DNA of 64,000 nt from Patescibacteria group bacterium UBA2773 (GTDB lineage: Bacteria; Patescibacteriota; Minisyncoccia; Moranbacterales; DUUL01), in the NCBI GenBank assembly GCA_002352465.1, contig DEIN01000003.1:24933-88932 (forward strand), read 5' to 3'. Below, in pieces: positions 17,714-27,728 of the stretch (positions are counted from its first letter, which is position 1; every line of letters begins with the position of its first letter). Below the pieces are notes generated by a model that was given only the letters and a program-made list of their open reading frames with translations, had not been told where the DNA came from and ran no database searches. The position numbers and the translations under genes were made by a program.

Positions 17714-19009
17714 TTACTTTAAAATTACTTTTAAATTCATATTTTCATTATTCCGAATTAACCGAACCTCAACTTCATCACCAGTCTGATGTTCGGCAAT
17801 TAATTTTGATAAAGGGTTCTTTAACTCAACTATTTTTCCTCCAACCGCTATAATAATATCTCCGATTTTAATTCCAGCTTCATCAGCAGCTGAATCCTTA
17901 ATAACTGCTAATCCTTGTTGTCCAGAGAATGAATAAACTAAAGCACCTCGATTAACATTTAAATTATTCAATAAAGCAATCTCCTTGTTAATCGAAAGAT
18001 AATAAACTCCAAATGAAGAATTTAAAATTTCCTTTTTTTCTAGAACTTTATTAATCGTCAATTTTAAATCATTGATTGGAATAACAAACCCGACTTTTTC
18101 TCCATCTTTTTCTATCTGATTTACAATCCCAATTATATTTCCATTATAATCTAAAACTGGTCCCCCAACATTTCTATCTTCAATTCTAGCATCTAATAAA
18201 ATAGCGCCTTCCAATTTTTCTGAAGATGACAACTCAGAATTAAGCAAAGTAAAAGTATAATCTATTTCTTTTATTAATCCAGAAGAATAAGAATTTTGAT
18301 ATTCACCGCTAGCATTGCCACAAAGCACCACCTTTTCACCAATTTCAATATTGCTAGAATCGCCCAAACTAGGAACAGGCAAATCATTTTTAGCAACTTT
18401 ATAAAAAACTAAATTACGAAAATTATCGACAGCCAAAATTTCTGCTTCAAATTCATTATTATTTCCAGCCAATATTTTAAATTTCCAGGTACTCTTCTCT
18501 CCGCTTTCCAAGATTTTATCACTTTCAATTATTCCCCTTGTAGTATTGTCTAGAACACTGACAATTAAACCGTCGCTAGTTAAAATAAAACCGGTTTTAA
18601 TATTTTTTTGAATATCTTGACTAGATTTAATTTTATTAATTGATTTCAATTCATCATTATTTGCTTCTTCGAAACTAATAATGCTCACTACTGCTGGAGA
18701 AATTTTTTCTGCAATGTTGGCCACTGAAAAATCTTCCTTCACGATAATTTCTTTAGTTTGATTAACAATAGTCACTTTTTCATTAGCCTTTTGAACTAAA
18801 CGACATTTTTCTAAAGCAGGGATAGTTGAAATCCAAGGAACCACAAAACGTTCTCCGACAACACCAGCAATTCCTCCAATAATAAAAACTAGCAAAATCC
18901 AAATTGTTAACTTAAAGATCTTTTTTAAATTGCTATCAACCATAAACGTATTTAATTGTTTAAAAATGTAAAAAAAATAATTGAAAATAATTCCGTCATA
19001 TCTTAGCAA
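17714..19009 (-). CDS. HtrA/DegP-like trypsin-fold plus PDZ protein with all three catalytic residues substituted (predicted pseudo-protease)
   Basis: N-terminal TM; collinear with HtrA (SPAVVSI, GFILTSDGLIVS, GEKVVLCGN, VGFVIPIN, PDZ GIKIGDIIIAVGG), but the GNSGGP position reads RNVGGP (Ser to Val), the His-box position has no His, and the Asp position is Asn. Confidence 0.65.
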   Translation of the reverse strand: MLRYDGIIFNYFFYIFKQLNTFMVDSNLKKIFKLTIWILLVFIIGGIAGVVGERFVVPWISTIPALEKCRLVQKANEKVTIVNQTKEIIVKEDFSVANIAEKISPAVVSIISFEEANNDELKSINKIKSSQDIQKNIKTGFILTSDGLIVSVLDNTTRGIIESDKILESGEKSTWKFKILAGNNNEFEAEILAVDNFRNLVFYKVAKNDLPVPSLGDSSNIEIGEKVVLCGNASGEYQNSYSSGLIKEIDYTFTLLNSELSSSEKLEGAILLDARIEDRNVGGPVLDYNGNIIGIVNQIEKDGEKVGFVIPINDLKLTINKVLEKKEILNSSFGVYYLSINKEIALLNNLNVNRGALVYSFSGQQGLAVIKDSAADEAGIKIGDIIIAVGGKIVELKNPLSKLIAEHQTGDEVEVRLIRNNENMNLKVILK

Positions 19010-19784
19010 CTAAAGCCCACTGTGCAGTTAATAAAATTCCAAATAATAAAACTGAGCCAATTACCCAATTAACTATTATTTTTTTTCTTGTCAATTCGCC
19101 TCTTAAATAAAGACGAATCACATCCCAGAACTCATAAAAAATTATAAGGGCAGAACCGCCCAATGTCAAATAGCCAAAAGGCAAAAAAATAATTCCCCAA
19201 AAAAATTGAGACATTATTAAGGCTAAAATTAGATCTAAAAAGATAATCCCAACCAACCCAATTGATTCCTTTTTCTCCTTGCTTTTTCTTAAACGATCTT
19301 CTCGATCTTTAGCATTAGTGCAAAAAGAAGGCAAACTAATCAAAAATATCGTTACAACAAAAATCACCATAATCCAATATTTAACTTGAAAATTTAGATA
19401 AAAACCCAACGCTGCCGTAAACCACAAAAAAGCAGTTGATAATGTCGCCAAATTAACCATTCCTAGTGCAGTTTGATCACTGTTATAGAATCGCAATCGA
19501 TAGCCTCCCAATAAAGTTAAATAATAAATTCCAGTCGCTAAAAAAATAAAAACTTGTTTTTCGACCGAATGATCAACCAAAAATAATAATGCCAAAGCCC
19601 CCAGGCTAAGAAAAAATGGCAAAGCGATAAAACGAGGTTTCCTGGTCAAAGGCCAAACAATTATAATTGTTAAAATAATCAATAACCAAGCCACCGTTTT
19701 AACCCAATTTTCTTTCAACGCCACCGCCTCCAAAGACAATAAAAAGAAAATTGAATAAATTAATGGTTGAAGTTTAAAAAACAT
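18996..19784 (-). CDS. hypothetical polytopic membrane protein
   Basis: 262 aa, about 8 TM helices, overlaps the upstream gene by 14 bp. Confidence 0.5.
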   Translation of the reverse strand: MFFKLQPLIYSIFFLLSLEAVALKENWVKTVAWLLIILTIIIVWPLTRKPRFIALPFFLSLGALALLFLVDHSVEKQVFIFLATGIYYLTLLGGYRLRFYNSDQTALGMVNLATLSTAFLWFTAALGFYLNFQVKYWIMVIFVVTIFLISLPSFCTNAKDREDRLRKSKEKKESIGLVGIIFLDLILALIMSQFFWGIIFLPFGYLTLGGSALIIFYEFWDVIRLYLRGELTRKKIIVNWVIGSVLLFGILLTAQWALVAKI

Positions 19785-19847
19785 TTTAAATATTTATTTA
19801 CAGATTTATTTTAACACGAGTTCTGAACTAACACTATGGGTTATATC

Positions 19848-19878
19848 AACCAAACAAAAATAGCTTCCGAAAAGCTAT
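19848..19878 (-). terminator. intrinsic terminator after secY (end of ribosomal operon)
   Basis: ATAGCTT-CCGAA-AAGCTAT hairpin followed on the minus strand by TTTTTGTTTGG. Confidence 0.45.
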
Positions 19879-20034
19879 TGCTAAAAAATAATAATCAAAA
19901 TTTTTAATATAATTCGAATATCAAATGAAATATACCAAACCAAAGTATTAAACAAGTAGTAAAAATAAAAATTGGATTTAAATTAAAGTCTAAAACAAAT
20001 AAAGGTTAAACACTTCATGCCATATTAGAATTAA

Positions 20035-20120
20035 AGAATTTAAGTATGATTTGAGGAAGATTTGAGTATCGAATGAGACGCACTGAAAAGTGCGTTGAAT
20101 GAGAAACGGAAAATCTAACA
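20035..20120 (+). repeat. GC-enriched structured intergenic repeat, copy E (family with 28023..28176, 32986..33095, 43005..43090, 58083..58256, 61070..61251)
   Basis: shares GATTTGAG x2 ... CGAATGAGACGCAC and CGGAAAATCTAACAAAAAAGCA with the other copies; internal hairpin GACGCAC-TGAAAA-GTGCGTT. Confidence 0.5.
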
Positions 20121-20145
20121 AAAAAGCATACTAAATTATTTGATT

Positions 20146-21441
20146 CTAAACATCCAACTTGTCGTAGTCTCTCATTACTAATTGTCCCTCAACCTGCTTC
20201 ATTGTCTCCATTACCACCGAAACCACAATCAAAATTCCTGTCCCACCAACTGTAATAGTTTGAATTCCAGTCAAACCTTGAATAATAAAAGGTAAAACAG
20301 CCACTGCTCCCAAAAACAAAGCTCCCGTTAAAGTAATTCTATTAACAATAAAGTTAAGATATTCCATTGTTGGTCGACCCGGTCTAATCCCAGAAATAAA
20401 TCCCCCTTGTCGCTGAAGATTCTCAGCAACTTTCTCTGGATTAAAGGTGACCGCAGTATAAAAATAAGTAAAAGCCACTACCAGCAAAAAATAAGCACTC
20501 CCATAGAACCATTGATTAGCCATCAAATCAGCCACCACTGAAGCATATTTAGCCACCCAATCGACTGAGCTGGTTGACAAAAAATTAGCAATCACACTTG
20601 GAAAAAGCATAATTGACATCGCAAAAATAATTGGAATAACTCCTGCCATATTAACTCGCAACGGCAAGCTTGAACCGCCACCCATTGATTTACCGTTTCT
20701 AGTTTGTCGAGCAAAAGTAATCGGAATATTTCTTTGTCCCTCAGTAATAAATACAATCGCCCCGATAGTCAAAATTGACAAAACTATTAGCCCCACATAA
20801 GACAAAATTTCAGCTGGATTCCAAGTTAAAATTAAATTATTAATCGCCGTTGGCAAAGCTGAAACAATTCCGGCAAAAATCAAAAGAGATACTCCATTCC
20901 CCAATCCCTTTTCAGTAATAATCTCTCCTAACCACATCAAAAATACTGTCCCAGCCGTAATAGTTGAAATTATTAAAATATATTGCAAAATATTTAAGTC
21001 GGCCATCATTCCTTGACTTCTTAGTAAAGAAATCATACTAAAAGATTGCAAAAGCGCTAAAGGCAAAGTCAACCAACGAGTCCAAAGATTAAATTTTTGT
21101 CGACCAGCTTCTCCTTCTTCTTTATATAACTTCTCCATTTTAGGAAAAATCATCGTCGAAAGTTGCATAATAATCGAAGCAGTAATATAAGGACCAACTC
21201 CAAGCATCACGATTGAAACATTTCGCAAACCTCCTCCAGAAAAAACATCCAACATTCCAAGCAGTTGATTGTTATCAAAAAAACTTTTCAAACGAGCAAT
21301 GTCAACTCCAGGAACTGGAATGTTAGCAGCTAACCGAAACACCACTAAAACGCCCAAAATAAACAATATCTTATTGCGAATTTCCTTGATTTGAAATATT
21401 TGTTTGATTTTGTTTGACATAAAGTAAGAAATGCTCAACAC
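20146..21441 (-). CDS. secY: preprotein translocase subunit SecY
   Basis: 431 aa, 10 TM helices, collinear with SecY; immediately downstream of rplO. Confidence 0.95.
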   Translation of the reverse strand: MLSISYFMSNKIKQIFQIKEIRNKILFILGVLVVFRLAANIPVPGVDIARLKSFFDNNQLLGMLDVFSGGGLRNVSIVMLGVGPYITASIIMQLSTMIFPKMEKLYKEEGEAGRQKFNLWTRWLTLPLALLQSFSMISLLRSQGMMADLNILQYILIISTITAGTVFLMWLGEIITEKGLGNGVSLLIFAGIVSALPTAINNLILTWNPAEILSYVGLIVLSILTIGAIVFITEGQRNIPITFARQTRNGKSMGGGSSLPLRVNMAGVIPIIFAMSIMLFPSVIANFLSTSSVDWVAKYASVVADLMANQWFYGSAYFLLVVAFTYFYTAVTFNPEKVAENLQRQGGFISGIRPGRPTMEYLNFIVNRITLTGALFLGAVAVLPFIIQGLTGIQTITVGGTGILIVVSVVMETMKQVEGQLVMRDYDKLDV

Positions 21442-21581
21442 TCAATATTAAACGTTTTCGCCTCAAATTTCCTCAGCGAAACAGGTATTCAATTCTCAAA
21501 TTTTCAACTAACAACAAGCGTTGAAACATTAAATATTTAAATATTGAATGGCTATTGGGTGTTGGTTATTGAATATTCTTA

Positions 21582-22046
21582 TTATAAACTATTTTTTTCA
21601 GAAAGTTCTTCTTTTTTGATATTTAAAACTTTTCCACCAATTTTTTCTATTTTTTCTTGAGCTTTTTTAGAAACTTCTAAATTTTCAATAGTAATTTTCT
21701 TAGTAAGTTCTCCTTCAGAAAGAATCTTAACTAGTTGGCTTTCTTTTCGAATCAATTTCTTTTCCTTTAAAGTTTGAATGGTTATTTTATCACCAGCCTT
21801 AAAATTTAATTCAAGTTTATTTAAATTGATTACTAATTTTTTCTCATTTCGAGATTTAAAACCCTTGTTCTTTTTAGTCTTTTGAATTAAAGTAGTTTTT
21901 CCACCTTCAAAAGTAGGCGCCTGAGAAGACCCCGATCGAGACTTTTGTCCTTTCATTCCTCGTCCAGAATAGGTGCCTTTTTTACCACCTCGTCCAACTC
22001 TTTTTCGACTAGCTTTTTTAGTAACTTGAAGTTCGTGAATCTGCAT
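21582..22046 (-). CDS. rplO: 50S ribosomal protein L15
   Basis: RKRVGRGGKKGTYSGRGMKGQKSRSG motif. Confidence 0.9.
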   Translation of the reverse strand: MQIHELQVTKKASRKRVGRGGKKGTYSGRGMKGQKSRSGSSQAPTFEGGKTTLIQKTKKNKGFKSRNEKKLVINLNKLELNFKAGDKITIQTLKEKKLIRKESQLVKILSEGELTKKITIENLEVSKKAQEKIEKIGGKVLNIKKEELSEKNSL

Positions 22047-22061
22047 AATAATATCTAATAT

Positions 22062-22676
22062 TTATTTAGTTGCTTCTTTCTTAGCCTTAACTGCTTTTTT
22101 AGAAGTTACTTTCTTAACCGTTTTTTTAACTTTAGGCTTATCGGAAATTTTTGGTTCCACTTTTTTAACAATCGCTTTTTTAAATTTAACGGCTATAGGT
22201 TTATTAACAATTTGCTTGCCTTCTAATTGATCCAAAGCTTTTAAAGTCGCCTTAGCAATATTTATTTTATTAGAAGAACCCAAAGATTTAGCGGTAATAT
22301 TTTTAACTCCAGCCAATTCAAAAATTAATCGCATCGCCCCACCAGCCACAATGCCCTTACCTTCTTTGGCCGGTTTAATCATCACTTGAGCTCCGCAAAA
22401 TCTTTCATCGACTCGATAAGAGATAGTAGAATCCAAACGTTTTACAATAATCATACTTTTTTTGGCGGCTTCCACTGATTTGTTAATCGCTCCAGCTACA
22501 TCAGTACCCTGAGCCACACCCAAACCAACCTTGCCTTTTCGATTTCCAATAATCATTGTCGCTCGAAAAGAAAATCTTCGACCACCTTTAACTACTCGAA
22601 CAACCCTAGCTAAATCCAAAAGTTTTTGATCAAATTCTGGTTTCTTATTCCTGTTGTTAAATCTCTTATTTGCCAT
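22062..22676 (-). CDS. rpsE: 30S ribosomal protein S5 (K-rich C-terminal extension)
   Basis: VVKGGRRFSFRATMIIGNRKGKVGLGVAQG motif; only a 15-bp gap to rplO, so no rpmD (L30). Confidence 0.9.
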   Translation of the reverse strand: MANKRFNNRNKKPEFDQKLLDLARVVRVVKGGRRFSFRATMIIGNRKGKVGLGVAQGTDVAGAINKSVEAAKKSMIIVKRLDSTISYRVDERFCGAQVMIKPAKEGKGIVAGGAMRLIFELAGVKNITAKSLGSSNKINIAKATLKALDQLEGKQIVNKPIAVKFKKAIVKKVEPKISDKPKVKKTVKKVTSKKAVKAKKEATK

Positions 22677-22697
22677 CTATATAATTTAAATCTTAAG

Positions 22698-23042
22698 TTA
22701 GAATTTTAATTTACCTTTTCGGGCTCCATCCGCTAAAGCCTTTGTTTTACCATGATATTTATAACCGCTTCTATCAAAAACAACCTTGTCTATTTTTAAT
22801 TTCAAAGCTTTTCCTGCTAATAATTGACCAGTTTTTCCAGCTGTTTCAACATTAAACTCTTTAGCTTTCAATTCTCGACTGTCAGCAGTAGCCAAAGTTT
22901 TTCCATTTTCATCGTCAATCAATTGAGCATAAATCGCCTTATTACTTCGAAAAATACTAACCCGTGGTCGCGTGGCCACTCCTTGGTTTTTAATAGTTGT
23001 TCGTCTTTTTCGATGTAATCTTTTTTTATTCCTACTTTCCAT
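22698..23042 (-). CDS. rplR: 50S ribosomal protein L18
   Basis: order and similarity to L18. Confidence 0.85.
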   Translation of the reverse strand: MESRNKKRLHRKRRTTIKNQGVATRPRVSIFRSNKAIYAQLIDDENGKTLATADSRELKAKEFNVETAGKTGQLLAGKALKLKIDKVVFDRSGYKYHGKTKALADGARKGKLKF

Positions 23043-23066
23043 AAAATCTTTTTAATAAATATCTTA

Positions 23067-23615
23067 TTATTCAGCGCCGCCAGTAGCTCGCTTTCCTTCT
23101 TTCTTTATAAACTGCTCTCCTTCGTATCGAAATCCTTTACCTTTATACGGTTCAACCTTCTTTAAACCTCGAGTTTCAGCAGCAAATTCACCGACCAATT
23201 GTTTATCAACTCCCTTGATAATCAAAGTGTCTTTTTCGATAGAAACGTCTAATCCTTTGGGAATTGGTTTATTAATTGGATGAGAAAATCCCAAACTTAA
23301 ATTCAATTTATCTCCCTGAACATTCATTTTGTAACCAACTCCATGCAATTCTAATCGTTTCTCAAAACCTTCTGTCACACCAACTACCATATTGTTAATC
23401 ATCGCTCGAGTAGTTCCCCACATTGATCGCGCCTGTTTGGTAGTTTCTTTTTGTTCAACCACGATACCATTTTCAGAATCAATTTTAACTTCAACTTTGT
23501 AGCCAAATTTAAAGCTAAGCTCCCCTTTAGGGCCTTTAACAACAACAATTTTATCTTCTACCTTAACTTCAACCCCTTGAGGTATCGCTATCGGCATTTT
23601 TCCTATTCGTGACAT
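23067..23615 (-). CDS. rplF: 50S ribosomal protein L6
   Basis: MSRIGKMPIAIPQGVEVKV N-terminus. Confidence 0.9.
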   Translation of the reverse strand: MSRIGKMPIAIPQGVEVKVEDKIVVVKGPKGELSFKFGYKVEVKIDSENGIVVEQKETTKQARSMWGTTRAMINNMVVGVTEGFEKRLELHGVGYKMNVQGDKLNLSLGFSHPINKPIPKGLDVSIEKDTLIIKGVDKQLVGEFAAETRGLKKVEPYKGKGFRYEGEQFIKKEGKRATGGAE

Positions 23616-23712
23616 ATCTTATAAATATAACTTAATTAATATATTAGAAATCTTCGAAATTGAATTTGGATATTGTTTTTATTAAATTAAAACAACAACC
23701 TAAATCAGCTCC

Positions 23713-23898
23713 TTACCAACTAGATTTTTTAATTCCTGGAATTTCACCTTTTTGTGCCAATTCTCTAAAACAAATTCGGCAAAGGTCAAAACCTCTCATG
23801 TAACCTCTTTTTCTACCGCATTTCCAACATCTTCGGACTATTCGGGTAGAATATTTAGGTTCCTTTTTAGCTTTTTCAATTAATGCTTTTCGAGCCAT
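23713..23898 (-). CDS. rpsZ: 30S ribosomal protein S14 type Z (zinc-binding)
   Basis: 61 aa, CxxC...CxxC ([20 protein letters not shown]). Confidence 0.9.
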   Translation of the reverse strand: MARKALIEKAKKEPKYSTRIVRRCWKCGRKRGYMRGFDLCRICFRELAQKGEIPGIKKSSW

Positions 23899-23929
23899 AT
23901 TTACTTTATTAATTTAAAAATTTCTATTA

Positions 23930-24337
23930 TTACCAAATTTCACAAACTACTTCTCCTCCGATTCTTTTTTCCCGAGCTTCATCGCCAGTCAAAAGTCCTT
24001 TGGAGGTTGAAACGATCGAAAATCCATATCCATCTTTAACATTTCGAATTTCCTGCTTGCCTTTATAAATCCGACAACCTTGTTTACTAATTCTTTTGAT
24101 TTCTCTAATTACTGGAGTTCCATCTTGATTATATTTCAATTTTAATTTCAAGAAATTCTTGTCTCCATTAGAAAAAATCGAAACTTTACTAATTTTTCCT
24201 TGTTTATATAAAACCTGCGCAATCGCTAATTTAAATTTAGACAAAGGCATAGCCGTGTCTGCATTTCTAGCTAATTGAGCATTTCTTATTCTCGTTAACA
24301 TATCAGCGATTTGATCGAAACTCATAATTATTTTCAA
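23930..24337 (-). CDS. rpsH: 30S ribosomal protein S8
   Basis: IADMLTRIRNAQ motif. Confidence 0.9.
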   Translation of the reverse strand: MKIIMSFDQIADMLTRIRNAQLARNADTAMPLSKFKLAIAQVLYKQGKISKVSIFSNGDKNFLKLKLKYNQDGTPVIREIKRISKQGCRIYKGKQEIRNVKDGYGFSIVSTSKGLLTGDEAREKRIGGEVVCEIW

Positions 24338-24380
24338 AAATTATAATATATTTAAACTTCAGTAGACTATTGAATTATCT

Positions 24381-24923
24381 TTATTTTTTTTGCATTGGAA
24401 ATCCAAGCAATTCAACCATTCTCATTCCCTCATCCTGATTATTCCGACTAGTAGTAATATTAACCTGCAAACTAAAAGTCGATTTAATATTATCATGATA
24501 AATTTCTGGGAAAACTAATTGCTCTTTCACTCCACAACTGAAATTACCGTTCTTATCAACACTCGATCGTTTAATTCCACGAAAATCTCTAGTTCTAGGT
24601 AAGGTTATTCGAACAAATCTTTCAATAAAATCCCACATTTTTTCACCACGCAGAGTCACCATAGCACCTATTTCTTGACCTTCTCGAATTTTAAAACCAG
24701 AAATAGCCTTTCGACTTTTCACCAAAACCGGTGCTTGACCAGTAATCGCCGCCAAATCATTAACGATCTCTTGTTTAAACTCCTTATTGTCTATCGCTCT
24801 AGATAAACCCACGTTCAAAGTGACTTTTGTTGGCTTTGAAACCGCTAAATTATTCTTGTGCTTAAATTCTTTTTTCAAGATTGGAAGCACTTCTTCTAGA
24901 TATTTTTTTCTTAAATTGTTCAT
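24381..24923 (-). CDS. rplE: 50S ribosomal protein L5
   Basis: operon position and length 180 aa. Confidence 0.9.
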   Translation of the reverse strand: MNNLRKKYLEEVLPILKKEFKHKNNLAVSKPTKVTLNVGLSRAIDNKEFKQEIVNDLAAITGQAPVLVKSRKAISGFKIREGQEIGAMVTLRGEKMWDFIERFVRITLPRTRDFRGIKRSSVDKNGNFSCGVKEQLVFPEIYHDNIKSTFSLQVNITTSRNNQDEGMRMVELLGFPMQKK

Positions 24924-24950
24924 AAACTTACCTATTTAGGGACTATTAAA

Positions 24951-25265
24951 TTATTCGAATTTCGCATTACACTTCTTACAGACTCTAAATTTCTTATCAC
25001 CATCCATAACTCGACCGACTCTCGAAGGTTTTCCACATTTGGGACAAATCAATTGAACCTTAGAAATATCAATTGGCATAGACAAAGAAATTAGTTGTCC
25101 TTTTTCTCCGCTTCGTTTGGCTTTCTGATGTTTTTTAGCAACATTAATTCCTTCAATTTTAACTTTCTGCTTGTCAGTTAAAACTATCTCAATAGCACCA
25201 GTTTTACCTCGGTCTTTCCCTGCTAATACTTTGACTTTGTCGCCTTTTTTTATCTTAAACTTCAT
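24951..25265 (-). CDS. rplX: 50S ribosomal protein L24 (KOW domain plus C-terminal CxxC...CxxC zinc-ribbon-like tail)
   Basis: KIKKGDKVKVLAGKDRGKTG KOW motif; CPKCGKPSRVG...CKKCNAKF. Confidence 0.85.
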   Translation of the reverse strand: MKFKIKKGDKVKVLAGKDRGKTGAIEIVLTDKQKVKIEGINVAKKHQKAKRSGEKGQLISLSMPIDISKVQLICPKCGKPSRVGRVMDGDKKFRVCKKCNAKFE

Positions 25266-25289
25266 AACTATTGATTTAATTTATCCAAA

Positions 25290-25655
25290 TTAGTATACCT
25301 CTTTGGCTAATGAAATAATTTTCATAAAACCTCTTTCTCTAATTTCTCTAGCAATTGGACCAAAAACTCGAGTTCCTTTTGGTTCTTGCTTTTCAACAAT
25401 CACTCCGGCATTTTCGTCGAACCTAATGCTAGTTCCGTCTTTTCTGGAATAAGCCTTCTTTTGTCGAACAATCACCACATGAACAATTTCTTTCTTTTTG
25501 ACATTTCCTCGTGGTTCTGCTTCTATTACTGAAGCCAAGGCGACGTCACCCAATCGAGCATATCGTCTTTTACTTCCGCCTAATATCTTAAATACTCGGA
25601 CTCTTTTCGCTCCAGAGTTATCGGCAATTTTCAATTGTGTCTCTACCTGAATCAT
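25290..25655 (-). CDS. rplN: 50S ribosomal protein L14
   Basis: [18 protein letters not shown]-terminus. Confidence 0.9.
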   Translation of the reverse strand: MIQVETQLKIADNSGAKRVRVFKILGGSKRRYARLGDVALASVIEAEPRGNVKKKEIVHVVIVRQKKAYSRKDGTSIRFDENAGVIVEKQEPKGTRVFGPIAREIRERGFMKIISLAKEVY

Positions 25656-25690
25656 AAATTCAATTTAAACTTATTATCTTTAAAAATTTC

Positions 25691-25963
25691 CTATTTCTTT
25701 ACTTCCATAACTCGCCAAGTTTTATCTTTACTGATTGGTCGACATTGAACAATCATCACTCGGTCTCCCACTTTGCATTCATTCTTTTCGTCATGAGCCT
25801 TGTAGCGCTTGGTCTTTCGGTATTTCTTAACATAAATAGGATGAGTTTTAATATCAGTCACTTCAACAATAACTGTTTTATCATTCTTGTCACTAATAAC
25901 CTGACCGGTTTTTTTAACCAAAATGACATCCTTGTCGATTGTTTTTCTCTTAATCTTATCCAT
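25691..25963 (-). CDS. rpsQ: 30S ribosomal protein S17
   Basis: operon position, 90 aa. Confidence 0.85.
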   Translation of the reverse strand: MDKIKRKTIDKDVILVKKTGQVISDKNDKTVIVEVTDIKTHPIYVKKYRKTKRYKAHDEKNECKVGDRVMIVQCRPISKDKTWRVMEVKK

Positions 25964-25977
25964 TATGTATAAATTAA

Positions 25978-26163
25978 TTATTTACCTTCGTTGATTATAG
26001 TCAAAATTCTAGCAATATCTTTCTTTAATTTACCTTCCTGCTGATTGTCCTTAACTTGATTAGATTTAACATCAAATCGAGCTTTACAACATTCGACTCT
26101 TTTTTCTTGTAAAAGTCGTTGTAATTCTTCTGGTTTTTTACTTCGTAATTCCTGTGCTTTCAT
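25978..26163 (-). CDS. rpmC: 50S ribosomal protein L29
   Basis: 61 aa, MKAQELRSKKPEELQRLL. Confidence 0.85.
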   Translation of the reverse strand: MKAQELRSKKPEELQRLLQEKRVECCKARFDVKSNQVKDNQQEGKLKKDIARILTIINEGK

Positions 26164-26164
26164 C

Positions 26165-26575
26165 TTAATTCTTGATTACAAATTTAGTCTTAACGCTCAA
26201 TTTATCAGAAGCTAATCTCATTGCTCTTCGCGCAATTTTCTCTTCAATTCCAGCAATTTCGAATAAAACTCGTCCTGGTTTCACTTTAGCAATATAAAAT
26301 TCAGTAGCTCCCTTACCTTTACCCATTGGCACCTCTGTTCCTTTTCTGGACATCGGATGATCAGGGAAAATTCTAATCCAAATTTTACCACCTCGTTGAA
26401 CATATCTTGTCATGGCTCTTCGAGCGGCTTCTATTTCTCTAGAATTAATCATGCCTACCATCATAGTCTTAAGTCCAAATTCTCCGAAAGAAACAGCAGT
26501 TCCCCGAGAAGCAATCCCTCGGATTTTTCCACCCCGCATCTTCTTCCTATATTTGACTTTTTTAGGCATCAACAT
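26165..26575 (-). CDS. rplP: 50S ribosomal protein L16
   Basis: [17 protein letters not shown]-terminus. Confidence 0.9.
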   Translation of the reverse strand: MLMPKKVKYRKKMRGGKIRGIASRGTAVSFGEFGLKTMMVGMINSREIEAARRAMTRYVQRGGKIWIRIFPDHPMSRKGTEVPMGKGKGATEFYIAKVKPGRVLFEIAGIEEKIARRAMRLASDKLSVKTKFVIKN

Positions 26576-26589
26576 AAAATCTTCCTTAA

Positions 26590-27240
26590 TTAATTATTCT
26601 TTTTATCAGCATTTTCTTTAAACAACCAAACTTTAATTCCAATTATTCCATAAGTAGTGTGAGCTTCCATTTTAGCAAAATCGATATCAGCTCTCAAAGT
26701 GTGTAAAGGCAAATTACCTTTAGTCAACCATTCGGTCCGAGACATTTCAGCTCCACCCAATCGACCTGATAAAGAAATTTTAACTCCTTTAATATTTCGA
26801 TTTTTAAAAGCTTCAGCTAAAGTCCCTTTCATTGCTTTTTTGAAAAATACTCTTTTTTCAATTTGCTCGGCAATACTATCAGCCAATAATTGAGCATTCT
26901 CTTCAACGGCTTTAATTTCTTTCACGTCGATTTGAATATCAACCTTTTCTTTGAAAAAATACTTTTTCGTAATAGCTTTTTTAAGCTTTTCTAGGCCTTC
27001 GCCTCCCCTTCCGATTAAAACTCCTGGTCGCCCAGTATTGATAATAATTCGAACTTTGCCCACACTTCTTTCAATTTCAATAGAGGCCACCGCTGCGCTT
27101 CTAAGCTTGATTCTTAATTCTGCTCGCAACTTAACATCTTGTTGAAGATTCTTTTGATAATTTTTTTCGTCATACCAACGAGATTGCCAAGTTTTATTGA
27201 TTCCCATCCGGAATAATCTTGGATCTATTTTTTGGGCCAT
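26590..27240 (-). CDS. rpsC: 30S ribosomal protein S3
   Basis: KH domain, GIRVQ-type; 216 aa. Confidence 0.9.
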   Translation of the reverse strand: MAQKIDPRLFRMGINKTWQSRWYDEKNYQKNLQQDVKLRAELRIKLRSAAVASIEIERSVGKVRIIINTGRPGVLIGRGGEGLEKLKKAITKKYFFKEKVDIQIDVKEIKAVEENAQLLADSIAEQIEKRVFFKKAMKGTLAEAFKNRNIKGVKISLSGRLGGAEMSRTEWLTKGNLPLHTLRADIDFAKMEAHTTYGIIGIKVWLFKENADKKNN

Positions 27241-27272
27241 CTAACTTATCTTATAAATTATTATAAATAAAA

Positions 27273-27707
27273 CTAATTTTTCTTGTCTTCTTGTTTTAGA
27301 ATCTTTTCGACTTTTTCTGATTTCACAGTCTTCACTTTTTCAATCTTCTTATCAATCACTTTCTCAATTTTCCGCTCTTTTTCGTCCAAAATAATTTCTA
27401 TGTGAGAAGTTCTTTTTAAAATTTGAGCCGCTTTACCATGCGCCCTGGCTCTCCATCGCTTCAAAGTCGCTCCTTCATTAACTTTGATTTCAGAAATATA
27501 TAAATTGTCTTCTTTTAATTTAAAATTATTTTCAGCATTAGCTACAGCGCTTTTCAATAAATTCAAAATATCTGTGCAAGATCCTTTTTCCCAAACCATC
27601 AATTGAGAAACAGCAGTTTCAATATCCATCCCTCGCAAAATATTAGCGACTTCTCGAACTTTTCGCGCTGATCTTCTATAATTTTTTAAACTAGCTTTTA
27701 CCTGCAT
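27273..27707 (-). CDS. rplV: 50S ribosomal protein L22 (K/E-rich C-terminal extension)
   Basis: operon position, similarity to L22. Confidence 0.85.
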   Translation of the reverse strand: MQVKASLKNYRRSARKVREVANILRGMDIETAVSQLMVWEKGSCTDILNLLKSAVANAENNFKLKEDNLYISEIKVNEGATLKRWRARAHGKAAQILKRTSHIEIILDEKERKIEKVIDKKIEKVKTVKSEKVEKILKQEDKKN

Positions 27708-27728
27708 ATCTTTAAATCTGATTTATTA

